Positions 20,918 to 30,317 of a stretch of DNA of 64,000 nt are shown piece by piece. The stretch comes from Shigella phage Moonfish: the sequence record PQ613263; one strand, 5' to 3'. The notes under the pieces were generated by a model. It ran no database searches and was not told the DNA's origin. It saw only the letters and a list, made by a program, of their open reading frames with translations. Each line of letters begins with the position of its first letter. The stretch's first letter is position 1. Made by a program: the position numbers and the translations under genes.

Positions 20918-21310
20918 TTAAATTGTGCAACCACCACCGTCACATGTGTTGTTTTCTGCAAAGGAAGCCAGTGCCTTAGCAGTCTCCTCTTTCTCATGCA
21001 GTACCTGTCGTAGCAGGTAACCTTCTAATTCCCAAATCTTATTGAATGCATTTTCATATGCATACCGACGACCTACCCACTCATCATAGATAGCTGGGTC
21101 AACACAGGCAGATACGCCTTCAACTTTGAAGCCATTTTCCAGGATGATAGTGCAATAGGTTACTAGGCTCAGATTAGCCAAATCATCTTCCGGGATTGCA
21201 GAAGGGTTAGCGAACCCAGACTTCACTGCATCAGCACCATTGAAATAGTAGACACTTTTGATTTTAGCTTCGATTGATTCTTTACTTACTGTTGCCATTA
21301 TTAGCCTCAT
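20918..21310 (-). CDS. hypothetical protein
   Basis: 130-aa ORF; true start may be the internal Met at MATVSK. Confidence 0.5.
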   Translation of the reverse strand: MRLIMATVSKESIEAKIKSVYYFNGADAVKSGFANPSAIPEDDLANLSLVTYCTIILENGFKVEGVSACVDPAIYDEWVGRRYAYENAFNKIWELEGYLLRQVLHEKEETAKALASFAENNTCDGGGCTI

Positions 21311-21467
21311 AGAGTGGTTTGAGTTTGTACTTAAACATGACTGCGTTGTTATAGGCTACGCTACCTGCAAACACCAAGGAATTACGTCCACGGTTATCCG
21401 TTACCTCATAGGCATACGGGGTTAAGATTAGGTCAATCATCTTGAATGTCCAACTAGTAATATTCAA
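21282..21467 (-). CDS. hypothetical small protein
   Basis: 61-aa ORF downstream of a hairpin. Confidence 0.35.
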   Translation of the reverse strand: MNITSWTFKMIDLILTPYAYEVTDNRGRNSLVFAGSVAYNNAVMFKYKLKPLYEANNGNSK

Positions 21468-21474
21468 ATAAAAA

Positions 21475-21494
21475 AGTCCATCCGAAGAGGGACT
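21475..21494 (-). terminator. putative terminator downstream of tRNA-like region
   Basis: AGTCC...GGACT hairpin with A/T runs on both sides. Confidence 0.4.
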
Positions 21495-21654
21495 TAGTAG
21501 CTTTTAATAGATAGCTGTATTTGAGCATTATAGTCTGCTCATACTCACACTCTTCTGTCGAAGAATATGTTTACAATACCTAGAGTGCCGGACTGTCTTA
21601 CCGGCATTGTCTTTAGAGTGCTAAGCAATCAGGACTATGTTCTCTATTAATGGG

Positions 21655-21728
21655 TGCCCACTACTGGATTTGAACCAGTGACTTTCCGATTATTAGTCGG
21701 TTGCTTTCCCCGTCTAAGCTAAGCGGGC
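21655..21728 (-). tRNA. tRNA gene (manual fold); anticodon loop CUAAUAA, anticodon AAU if numbering is canonical (Ile-type; A34 is unusual)
   Basis: Folded by hand on minus strand: acceptor GCCCGCT/AGTGGGC (one G.U), D-stem GCTT/AAGC with GG in D-loop, anticodon stem CCGA/UCGG, perfect T-arm ACTGG-TTCAAAT-CCAGT, discriminator A. Confidence 0.6.
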
Positions 21729-21929
21729 ATTGATAGGTGAGTCCTGCCAGGCTTTAACTGGCTCCTTCTTCGCAATCCTTACATACCCCTACATAATTAT
21801 TGCGTTAAGCTTTTTTGTTTAAGTTTAAGTGAAGGCGTTCTTGCTGACTCATAATTAGGTGAGGCGTTTGACGAATGACTAGTTCGTTACTACCTCGTTG
21901 TTTGCCATAAGTACCTGGCGACTTCAGGT

Positions 21930-22260
21930 AACGGGGGATGGAATCGAACCACCAGTACTAAGTCTTATTCGTGCACCAAGCACGCTAGTGGATTACTCCA
22001 CCGGAGGGAATCGAACCCCATCTACTTCACCAGACCCGTCTTAATTCTTACAATTAGTGAGAACACTTACCCTGGTTTAGGAGTTGAACCTAATTGGGGA
22101 GTAGTTTACGAACATTTTTCACTCCTTTCCCGGTAGCCAAGATAAGAGTTCTCACGAATTGGTTCCGGCGTCTGGACTCGAACCAACGAGAGAAGTAGCG
22201 ACCAACTGCACATGCCTACGTGCTACCCCGACCATTATAATAGGAGGGAGGGGACGAGTC
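21930..22260 (-). other. cluster of four additional tRNA T-arm-like motifs (GGTTCGAnTCC) at ~70-95 nt spacing; canonical cloverleaves not confirmed by hand
   Basis: Minus-strand T-arm-like stems/loops centred near 21945, 22012, 22085, 22179; one is followed by ...CGCCGGA-A-CCA; I could not pair acceptor stems or find 7-nt anticodon loops. Confidence 0.3.
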
Positions 22261-22632
22261 CTCCCTTCATACCCTATGTTACATGTAAGACCTAACATCT
22301 CGATGCTGGATGAATAGCTTAATAAACTATCCGACATTATTGGTTAATGTTGTGCTCAACACGAGCGTTAGTTGATAAGGGATCTGAAGCCTTATCCCAA
22401 AGAAACCAACCTTTGGGATATAGCCTAAGATTCAGAAATGGCCCCCATAGGAGAGGCCATTGATTAACCCGAATGTTGCTTTACATTTTCTGAGATAACC
22501 CATTCTTAAAATAGTCTGTCTGACGGATGGGGAGCTACCCCTAGCGTCAGTGCCATACGGCAAAGATTAAGTTAAGAAAGGTTATGATAGGAGTTCCTAT
22601 CTCAAAGGATTCTGACAGAACCCTTCACGATA

Positions 22633-22803
22633 TTAACTACTCTTTTTCAGTGCTTCTACTTCACCATCTTTATACCAAGCGTATGGTACTAAGACTTTGC
22701 AGCCTTCTGAATCAATGTGGAATGCTTTGTTTCCTTCAACAGGTTCTCCACCCACGAAAGAACTAACCTTTCCATTGAGCCAGTGAATAGTAAATTTGTT
22801 CAT
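22633..22803 (-). CDS. hypothetical small protein (56 aa, below track cutoff)
   Basis: ATG with weak GAGG RBS; ORF MNKFTIHWLNGKVSSFVGGEPVEGNKAFHIDSEGCKVLVPYAWYKDGEVEALKKSS read from the sequence. Confidence 0.3.
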   Translation of the reverse strand: MNKFTIHWLNGKVSSFVGGEPVEGNKAFHIDSEGCKVLVPYAWYKDGEVEALKKSS

Positions 22804-23034
22804 ATTAACCTCGTTTGAGCCAATCCCCTTCGGAGAGTATTAAAGGGGACTGGCTCGGTTGTTGTTATTCTGGCGGCTTGTCACCACCGTGTTTACCACT
22901 GCATTTCCACAGGATAATGACAGTGATGATAAAAGCTATGTATGGAGCCGACACGTCTATAATCCTGACTAGTAGTAACATCAGGACTATAAACACTACC
23001 ACACCTAGCAGCAGCTTCTGAGCCACCTACCAGA

Positions 23035-23511
23035 TTAACTACGTTTCAGGCCAGCGAACAGTGAAGGTTTCGCAGCAGGTTTCTCTGCTGGTTCTTCAAC
23101 CTTAACTTCTTCCTGCACAACTTCTTCTTGTGCTTCTGGTTCAGCTACTGCTTCTTCTTCTACAGCAACTTCTACTTCAGGTTCCGGCGTAGAACTCTCG
23201 TTCTGACCACCAGTAGAGGTCTGGGTTTCCTCTTCCTTTACCTCTTCAGCCTGAGCTTCTTCTTCTTCCTCTACAACTTCCGGTTCTACCGGACGATGTT
23301 TGGCTTCCTGAGGGTTCTTACGAGGACGACGTGTCTTCTTACCTACCAAGGGTGGAGTATCATCGTTATGATTTACCTCTTCGTTGATACCAACGGAGGC
23401 TGTACCATCTGCATTGATGACAATACTAATGTCACCAGCAAGATTGATTTGATCATCTACATAAGCCTGTACAGCAGCTTCTACTTCGGACTGGTTCAAA
23501 ATGATTTGCAT
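23035..23511 (-). CDS. acidic Glu/Pro-rich protein of unknown function
   Basis: 158-aa ORF; C-terminal two-thirds dominated by E, V, P, A repeats (…EEEEEAQAEEVKEEETQ…PEPEVEVAVEEEAVAEPEAQEE…). Confidence 0.6.
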   Translation of the reverse strand: MQIILNQSEVEAAVQAYVDDQINLAGDISIVINADGTASVGINEEVNHNDDTPPLVGKKTRRPRKNPQEAKHRPVEPEVVEEEEEAQAEEVKEEETQTSTGGQNESSTPEPEVEVAVEEEAVAEPEAQEEVVQEEVKVEEPAEKPAAKPSLFAGLKRS

Positions 23512-23512
23512 G

Positions 23513-24067
23513 TTACGCCTTTAATAATTTAATGAGGTTCTGGAAAGATGGGAGATTTACACCAGCGTGGATTGCACCGATTGCATCAGCCAAGTGCTCA
23601 TTCTTATTTAGAAGTTTGCCTTTCTTATCAGTGAGCCAGTTGGCTTCAGGATAAATGGCATGAGCAGCACGAATCATCGTGTCTTTGGATGCAGTCTTAT
23701 CACCGACCAGTGCAAGTTTGTTTTCAATTGGGGATACTTCAAAGATTGGACAACCCAATGCACGAAATGCACCGATTAATCCTACGCATACACCATAGGA
23801 CTTCATACCGTTAGCGGACTGAGAGCCTACTGGTACTTCTACGAATACTGCTTTAGCAGACCGTAACCATTCCTCACAACCAAGAAACAAATCATGAGAG
23901 GCTTGTATATCTTTGGAGTTGGTTCGAACTTGTTTGTTGTGGTCAACTTCAGTTTGAACCAGTTTAAGTTCGACCTGCTCGAAGACGCCGGACTCAATGT
24001 CCAGCATCCCACGAGCTAAACCCCAATTGCGGAGACTAATATCTGCACCAACAATTGGGATTTTCAT
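23513..24067 (-). CDS. RuvC-like Holliday junction resolvase
   Basis: 184 aa; N-terminal IVGADISLRNWGLA resembles the RuvC ILGIDPG motif; C-terminal HLADAIGAIHAG resembles the RuvC D-A-x-D-A-x-A-I signature. Confidence 0.6.
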   Translation of the reverse strand: MKIPIVGADISLRNWGLARGMLDIESGVFEQVELKLVQTEVDHNKQVRTNSKDIQASHDLFLGCEEWLRSAKAVFVEVPVGSQSANGMKSYGVCVGLIGAFRALGCPIFEVSPIENKLALVGDKTASKDTMIRAAHAIYPEANWLTDKKGKLLNKNEHLADAIGAIHAGVNLPSFQNLIKLLKA

Positions 24068-24864
24068 TATTTCTTACCGAACAGTGATTTACCACCTGCC
24101 GGAGCAGGACCAGTGTTAGCACCCGGTTTAGGAGGCAAGCCACCTTTACCATTACCACCAGCAGAACCCTTGGTCTTATCACGGGTTTTACCTTTGTTCT
24201 TTTCCAACCATGCTGTATGGAATACAGCCAGTTCTGGGGTCAGTTCTTTCTCAGCCTTCTCTGCTTCCTGAGCCTCGATGACTGTGACCAGCAGTTCCGG
24301 GTGAAACACTTTCTGAATCTCGTTTACTTCACGAGTTTCACCAGAGTCAACGTAACCGTTGTCACCTTTAACCTGCTTAGCTTCCAGAACCTTTTCCAGA
24401 GCAAAGGTAACAGTCTGACCTACCAGTTCAACTGGAACCATGACAGACTTGTTGGTTTCTGCTTTCAGGTCAAAGTCATAGACTTTAACAATCTTCTCTT
24501 CGAAGTCAGCATCCGGCAGTTCATTACCAGTAGCCATCAGCATCATGTCATTAATGACAGTGTAACCAGGCAGGAAGTATTCTTTACCGTTCTTCTCGTA
24601 AGTCGGCTTGTTGCCTTTAGCATTACCAGAAGTGAAGTACACCTGGGCACGGAACTCACCAGCATCATTTCCATCGGAACCTTTCAGGTTTTCGATGATT
24701 AACTGCATCCAGTCTGCACCGGAGTCAGCTTTACCTACGTAAGCTACTTTTACAGTACCGGTATAGATATCAGTTTCTTTGGCACCGAAGCCACCACCAC
24801 CAAGGGAGTCTTTTGCAGCTTCAACGTTTTTGGTTTTTTCTTTCAAGTTACCGAACAGTGACAT
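24067..24864 (-). CDS. single-stranded DNA-binding protein (N4-type SSB candidate)
   Basis: 265-aa ORF with Gly-rich basic C-terminus, located between resolvase and ATPase genes; size and position match N4 SSB (inference, not motif-based). Confidence 0.5.
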   Translation of the reverse strand: MSLFGNLKEKTKNVEAAKDSLGGGGFGAKETDIYTGTVKVAYVGKADSGADWMQLIIENLKGSDGNDAGEFRAQVYFTSGNAKGNKPTYEKNGKEYFLPGYTVINDMMLMATGNELPDADFEEKIVKVYDFDLKAETNKSVMVPVELVGQTVTFALEKVLEAKQVKGDNGYVDSGETREVNEIQKVFHPELLVTVIEAQEAEKAEKELTPELAVFHTAWLEKNKGKTRDKTKGSAGGNGKGGLPPKPGANTGPAPAGGKSLFGKK

Positions 24865-24905
24865 AGTATTTTTTCCTATTAAGTGATTAACAACCAGGCA
24901 AACGC

Positions 24906-25658
24906 TTAAGCGTAGTATTCAGCCAGATGGTCTAAGAGTTTTTGAGCGTCATTATCAATGTACGTCTCTGATTTATCGAACATACCCATTGGGGAACGTA
25001 AGCGTTTACCAACAGACTTCTTGGTTGGGCGAGTCTGGAATACGTGCTTATAGCCTAAGTCACGTTCTTCTTCGGTAATTTCAAGCATCTTGTTGCCATA
25101 CTTCTCCAGTTCTTTAATGTCTACACGTTCTGCGTAAACCACTGTAGAGAAGTATGCCTCAAGGCCATTATTCTTCAGGGAGCCTTTCACTGGGATGAAG
25201 GTTTTCATCACACCAGCTGCCTCGTCGAGTTCATCTTTGGCATGAGCAGTAATGATTACAGGCTTACCAAACTTAACAACTTTCTGTTGCAGCAGTACTT
25301 TAAAGAACTGTGCAAAGTCTCCCCAGGCTTTCTGGGTATTAGCAGATGGCAATACATATTGTGATTCCAACATGTCCATCATGAAGGTAGCAGAGTCGAT
25401 AATGATACCATCAACATCGTCTGCCATTTCCCCACCCGGAGATGCAACATCAAATGCTTCCCAAATCTGATATGGGTCTTCAATGTTGTAGGTGTTGAAC
25501 TTATTACGGAAAGGTAGGCGTTTACCTGCTTCAGTATTCAGATACAACCAGCGTTCCTGGTTACGAATATTACGCAGTGATGCTGATTTACCACTCGCTG
25601 AAAATCCTGCAATCAGGATTAGCTGAGTGTTCATATCATTGGAAATTTCTTCGGACAT
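24906..25658 (-). CDS. P-loop ATPase, Sak4/AAA_24-like recombination ATPase candidate
   Basis: 250 aa; Walker A GFSASGKS near N-terminus; compact RecA-like size; adjacent to SSB and nuclease genes. Confidence 0.5.
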   Translation of the reverse strand: MSEEISNDMNTQLILIAGFSASGKSASLRNIRNQERWLYLNTEAGKRLPFRNKFNTYNIEDPYQIWEAFDVASPGGEMADDVDGIIIDSATFMMDMLESQYVLPSANTQKAWGDFAQFFKVLLQQKVVKFGKPVIITAHAKDELDEAAGVMKTFIPVKGSLKNNGLEAYFSTVVYAERVDIKELEKYGNKMLEITEEERDLGYKHVFQTRPTKKSVGKRLRSPMGMFDKSETYIDNDAQKLLDHLAEYYA

Positions 25659-25714
25659 TATTTTTCCTCGTTTAGTTTAGGAGTCCTTCAAACCAAAGAA
25701 AGACTCCTGTTTGC

Positions 25715-27868
25715 TTATTTGCCAGCGTAGCGTTTAGCCACAGTGACCATTACGGTTGCATTCAATTCATCATCTGGTAATGGATTAGCCAGTTTCTTAT
25801 TGAATGAGTAGACGGATTGTTGTACTTGAGCAAAGTCCCAACCACTGTCTACTAATGCCAGTGCGTACTTAATCATTTGATTATTACGATTACCGGAGGC
25901 AATGCGATCAGCGAACCAACGCTCCAGATTGTCTAACGACTGAACTTCCTTCATCTGGTTCTGGAACTGCTCGTTCTTACTGGTACGAGGAATAAAGTCA
26001 CGCACGTCCAACAGATTCGCATCAAGGTTGTAATGATAGGAACCAGTTTCACAGGACATCCACTTCTTGGCTCGTTGGTTAGCAGACTCATCCGTTTCGA
26101 ATGGTAGCCAAGCCATAACGTTATTCATGAACTCTTTATACTCCTCAGTATCGAGGTGTAACTCATAGTTCATTGGAATAATCAGACGGAAGCGGTTCTC
26201 TTCATCAGTATGACGCTTAGTGGTATAGGTCATGAACTTATAATCCTTCATTAGTTCATGGCACGTATGCAGTGGTACTCCACCATCACAATCAATAACA
26301 ATCATGTTAAATCCTGGAATCACGTTCTCATCAGAACGATGTCCATTCTTCATGTGATGGTTCACCCAGTGCATACCGGGAGCTTGGGTTAATACATGTA
26401 GCTGGTCGAACGGTACGCGTTCACCAACATAGTCATAAGCAAAGCTTTCACTATAAGCCACCAGCATCTCATTGGTGTCAGTCTCTTTCAGAGTTTCACC
26501 ACGGAAGAACTCAATACCTTCATTGAATGTCTTCTTAATAATGATGTGCTGTTTGTAACCCCATGCTGTAGCAAGAGTCATCATCTCATTGCGAGCTGCA
26601 TTACCACTCTTATAGAACGGTAAGGACTCCAGCAAGTCAGCATGGGTTACTTCTTTCCCTACTGAAGCAATATACTTAGCCAGCTTCACATAGGCTTTTT
26701 CACGATTGAGGATTGTCTGGAATGCTGCCCCGGATTCCTCTACAAGCAGGATTGCTTGTTTGAGGTGAGCCATCTCAATGAATGAACTCTGGTCAACAAA
26801 CGCCAGTGCACCTGCTAGCTTAAGAGCTTTGAAGTAACGATGGGATATTTCAGCCTTACGAATTTCTTCGTGGTCAGCCATAGCTTCTGCTTGTTTCTCA
26901 CAATCAATTTTGTAAGTAATCAGAGCAATACCCACTGCATCTTCCACAATCATCTTAAAGCCAAACAAGTTTGGGTCAGCCAGACTATGGAAGTGGTTAG
27001 CCCACTTACCAAGAGACTGAACGTTATCCTGCTTAATCAGGTTACGGTAGATTTCTTCAGGAGTCAGTGTTGCATGTGCTCGCTTGTCTAAGTGCCCGAT
27101 GGCAAACAGGCAACGACGAGCATACCCTGTATCAAGGAAGTCATAGAACTGGTCTTCAGTTTGCCCACCATCCAGCAGCTTACTCGGAGTACCGAACAGC
27201 AGTAGGTTAGCAGGAGTTTTACCATCCAGTTCTTCGCCACGAACACTTTCAGCAGTGTTCTTGGTTAACTTCTGTTTTACTTTCCCCTGGTCATATAACT
27301 CAAGGAACAGGTTAAGTACTTCAACGTTGGCAATAAGGTTGGAACCAATCTCGTCAATCTGTAGGTTAATGCCACCACAACCAGCCATAAGCAGTTTGTG
27401 ACGGAGTTGTTTTACAGCAGGTGCTGTACCAGAGTCGAATGTGAATGGGAATGCCCCAGCACGTTTATACTCTGCTTCAACTTTATCGAACTCTTCCTGC
27501 TGGTCAGTACCCTGACGTGCAGAACGTTCGTTAGCAATCTTCCATAGACGGTCATTTGCAATGACGGGCATGGTGTCTTCCATAAAACGTTTACGGAAGC
27601 CAGTCATGAACCCGTCTTCAATGATATTTACTGAGTGACCTTTACCGAAACCAGATGTAGCCAACGCCATAGCGTAGATGTTTACTGGCAGGTCACCACG
27701 GTCTTTAGTTACGATGGTTGCACCCATGCAGGATGCCATTTTAGCCAAGAAGTAGGCTACTTCGACACGGAAGAATCCCCGGTCGTTATTCTGGGTTTTA
27801 TTGCAGAGCACATCTACGATTTCTTCAATCGCCGGATGATGCACTACTCCGGTAAGGTCAATACTCAT
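25715..27868 (-). CDS. DNA primase-like replication protein (N4 gp43-like by synteny)
   Basis: ~717-aa ORF; start probably the Met at 27868, whose ATG overlaps the upstream stop (ATGA); track ORF extends to 27925. Confidence 0.5.
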   Translation of the reverse strand: MSIDLTGVVHHPAIEEIVDVLCNKTQNNDRGFFRVEVAYFLAKMASCMGATIVTKDRGDLPVNIYAMALATSGFGKGHSVNIIEDGFMTGFRKRFMEDTMPVIANDRLWKIANERSARQGTDQQEEFDKVEAEYKRAGAFPFTFDSGTAPAVKQLRHKLLMAGCGGINLQIDEIGSNLIANVEVLNLFLELYDQGKVKQKLTKNTAESVRGEELDGKTPANLLLFGTPSKLLDGGQTEDQFYDFLDTGYARRCLFAIGHLDKRAHATLTPEEIYRNLIKQDNVQSLGKWANHFHSLADPNLFGFKMIVEDAVGIALITYKIDCEKQAEAMADHEEIRKAEISHRYFKALKLAGALAFVDQSSFIEMAHLKQAILLVEESGAAFQTILNREKAYVKLAKYIASVGKEVTHADLLESLPFYKSGNAARNEMMTLATAWGYKQHIIIKKTFNEGIEFFRGETLKETDTNEMLVAYSESFAYDYVGERVPFDQLHVLTQAPGMHWVNHHMKNGHRSDENVIPGFNMIVIDCDGGVPLHTCHELMKDYKFMTYTTKRHTDEENRFRLIIPMNYELHLDTEEYKEFMNNVMAWLPFETDESANQRAKKWMSCETGSYHYNLDANLLDVRDFIPRTSKNEQFQNQMKEVQSLDNLERWFADRIASGNRNNQMIKYALALVDSGWDFAQVQQSVYSFNKKLANPLPDDELNATVMVTVAKRYAGK

Positions 27869-28845
27869 GATGGAAAATATCTCTCTCTTTGTTTGCAAAT
27901 GGACGCGACAGGGCAATATAAACAACGTTTAACCTGCCCCTCCACGACCTTGATAGCACCCTTGCCACCTTTTTCAGCCATGAAGATACGGGCAGATGCC
28001 ATATCATCAAAGTTTTTGGTACTTCTGGCTCCAGGTACATCTACCCTAGAAGCATCAGAGAAGTATTTGAACTGTGGCTCTGTTCGCCACAACTCCTCGT
28101 CAGTACATTCGGGGATTTCCTCTTCAGGTGCATCCCAGTACTTCTCGATTAAGTGAATTTTCTCTTCCACCCAACGTTCAGTCTTCTCGGCAGACAGCAA
28201 CGGAATATCCTTATGCATAATACGATTAGCAGGATAGTTAGGATTACTGTTAGCCATGTGTTTCATGAAGTCGGTGAAGATGTAGTTAATACGGATTACA
28301 TCCTCGGTAATGATGTCGTTGTGAATCCAACGATACAAGCTGCCCTGCATCTTGTGTTCATCATCACGGGAACCAGCAACCCAAGAATAGGTTGAGGTAG
28401 ACTTGAAGTCTTGCAACAGACCTTCTGTTACGATGTCGAACTTACCACCGATAGTCCAACCCTTAACTACCTTGGTTCCACGTTGTTCAATGTAGATTGG
28501 GATAAGGTCAGGGTTAGCAGCAAAGTCTGCTTTGGTTGGGTTAATGACTACTGCATCAATGACTCGCTGAGGATAACCCAGCTTCTTCAATGCAGTCTTG
28601 TGGCCTAGCTTCCAGGCTTTCTCGATAGAATCATGTAAGCCAGTGCCCATTGATGTGGCGACGAAATCCATAACATCAATAGACTGGTCACTAAAATCTA
28701 CACGATGCTTCATGACGATTTGCTTAATAGGCTTAAGCAATGTAGTAGCAGACAGATACTTAGGATTGTCTACGTAATCATACTCGTCATGCAATAGCCA
28801 TACAGCCAGAGCCAGTGAGACATCATGATTGTTGGTTATCCTCAT
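27865..28845 (-). CDS. PD-(D/E)XK nuclease with C-terminal Cys cluster (Cas4/RecB-like exonuclease)
   Basis: 326 aa; GKFDIV...QDFKS (D...Q-x-K nuclease motifs) and C-terminal CLYCPVASIC cysteine cluster. Confidence 0.6.
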   Translation of the reverse strand: MRITNNHDVSLALAVWLLHDEYDYVDNPKYLSATTLLKPIKQIVMKHRVDFSDQSIDVMDFVATSMGTGLHDSIEKAWKLGHKTALKKLGYPQRVIDAVVINPTKADFAANPDLIPIYIEQRGTKVVKGWTIGGKFDIVTEGLLQDFKSTSTYSWVAGSRDDEHKMQGSLYRWIHNDIITEDVIRINYIFTDFMKHMANSNPNYPANRIMHKDIPLLSAEKTERWVEEKIHLIEKYWDAPEEEIPECTDEELWRTEPQFKYFSDASRVDVPGARSTKNFDDMASARIFMAEKGGKGAIKVVEGQVKRCLYCPVASICKQRERYFPS

Positions 28846-29107
28846 TGTAAGCCTTTTTTAATATGCGGTTGGCATAGTGCACAATCTTCTCTGAGTCATA
28901 CACCGAAGAGTTTCCGGGTTTACCATTACCCATACGGGCAGCAGCATTTCGCCATAGAGCTTTAAAGGCACAACCTTCATCGAAGGTCATGCCCAGTGCT
29001 TGGATAATATCCTCACACTCTGCTTGATATGGTTTTTGCTCTATCCGTTGAGGGTTCTTAACTGACACTACATAGTAGTTATTAAGACCGCCGGAGAGCT
29101 TAGTCAT
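28823..29107 (-). CDS. hypothetical protein
   Basis: 94-aa ORF. Confidence 0.45.
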   Translation of the reverse strand: MTKLSGGLNNYYVVSVKNPQRIEQKPYQAECEDIIQALGMTFDEGCAFKALWRNAAARMGNGKPGNSSVYDSEKIVHYANRILKKAYNEDNQQS

Positions 29108-29412
29108 TATTCCCCCTTAGGAACCATGTTTGCTTGGAACTCTGGTTCAGACATTAGACCCAGATTGTTAATAGACAGATAAACAATGTCTTTTAAATCA
29201 ACTGAGGTGTCGAAACGCTGGTCCAGACTAATCTTCAAGGAATGGTTGGCACGGGCCAAATCTTTGTAGGTCACATGAGGTTCGTCAGTGAGCAGCATTG
29301 TGTTCATGGTAAGCAGGGAACCATCATCAGCTTTAGGAAGCTGGAAGATTACCTGTGCTGCTACCATCCAATGATATTTTCTGACAACGGTTTCTTTAGT
29401 ACTTTTAGTCAT
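29107..29412 (-). CDS. hypothetical protein
   Basis: 101-aa ORF, start/stop overlaps with neighbours. Confidence 0.45.
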   Translation of the reverse strand: MTKSTKETVVRKYHWMVAAQVIFQLPKADDGSLLTMNTMLLTDEPHVTYKDLARANHSLKISLDQRFDTSVDLKDIVYLSINNLGLMSEPEFQANMVPKGE

Positions 29413-30317
29413 GCGAATGCCTTTTGAATTATTTGATGAACTTCTTCAGGGGTAGCGTGATTTGGAATCTCAATCTCGTTAGCCCACGTTGGGTAGAACA
29501 AGGACAGTTCCCCACCCAAACCAACTTCTGGATGAGCAATATCAGGATGGTCTTGCCAGTTAACGGCTTCAACCAAATGCTTGTTCGTGTACTGCAAGGT
29601 ATCCATGTTGTCACGAATCATGAAGTACTGAGCATCATGAATGTGAATACTAGGACGAATATCTAACCTGAACTCACTGGCTCTAACTTTACGCATAAAC
29701 TCCGAGCCAGCACGGTTATTCAGTAGGCACCAGCTTTGCCCTAAGGCATTACCAGCAGTTCTACCTTCAGCTTCTGCTTCATATGGAGTCTTACATGTCC
29801 CACGTAAAACCTGAGCCAGTAAAGGAGTACGCACTCTCAAACCAAATGCAGCAGTTACATAACCAGTCTTGGCAGCTTCGTCTAGCTTAGCCTGAACCCA
29901 AGCATCACTAACTACATAAAGGTCGTGATAACGTTTCTCTGTGAGCTTTGCTTTCTCTTCCGAGAAGCCACAGTTCTTCATTAAGCCCATATACGTACCA
30001 CCATAGGTAAGCAGGAAGGTTGGAGCCTTCGAGTCACCTCGTAATGATTTGTATTTGTGCTGGATGGAGTTGATGGATTCAACCGTATCTACAATGTCTG
30101 GCATCTGCTCACCGAAGTAAGCATACGCACGAAGACTGTGCCCATCATAACCATCGGTATATACCTTAAGTTTCTGGGGGTCTTTCGTAGTCAATGCAGA
30201 GATACGGTCTTCAAGGCTTGCAAAGTCCAGTCCACAAAATATCCAACCTGGGGGTGCTTCGAAGCATTTCTTAATCTTCTTGGCATATTTGGAACCACTA
30301 GGGATGGTCTGTAGATT
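29409..30317 (-). CDS. DNA polymerase (family A) 3' exon: polymerase palm/fingers part
   Basis: Begins in-frame with NLQTIP..., contains GLDFASLEDRI (motif A, DYSQIELR-like), KAPTFLLTYGGTYMG (motif B) and IHIHDAQY (motif C HD); joins exon 1 to restore RLSASEP-NLQTIP. Confidence 0.8.
   Translation of the reverse strand, partial: NLQTIPSGSKYAKKIKKCFEAPPGWIFCGLDFASLEDRISALTTKDPQKLKVYTDGYDGHSLRAYAYFGEQMPDIVDTVESINSIQHKYKSLRGDSKAPTFLLTYGGTYMGLMKNCGFSEEKAKLTEKRYHDLYVVSDAWVQAKLDEAAKTGYVTAAFGLRVRTPLLAQVLRGTCKTPYEAEAEGRTAGNALGQSWCLLNNRAGSEFMRKVRASEFRLDIRPSIHIHDAQYFMIRDNMDTLQYTNKHLVEAVNWQDHPDIAHPEVGLGGELSLFYPTWANEIEIPNHATPEEVHQIIQKAFA

Noticed and set aside
21930-22260. Regularly spaced GGTTCGATTCC-like motifs considered as a possible CRISPR-like repeat array
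   Set aside because: Repeats are neither identical nor separated by unique spacers of constant length, and the motif is the tRNA T-arm consensus; tRNA-related origin is far more likely.
22152-22337. 61-aa minus-strand ORF overlapping the tRNA-like cluster
   Set aside because: It overlaps RNA-gene-like sequence, has no RBS and odd composition; likely spurious.
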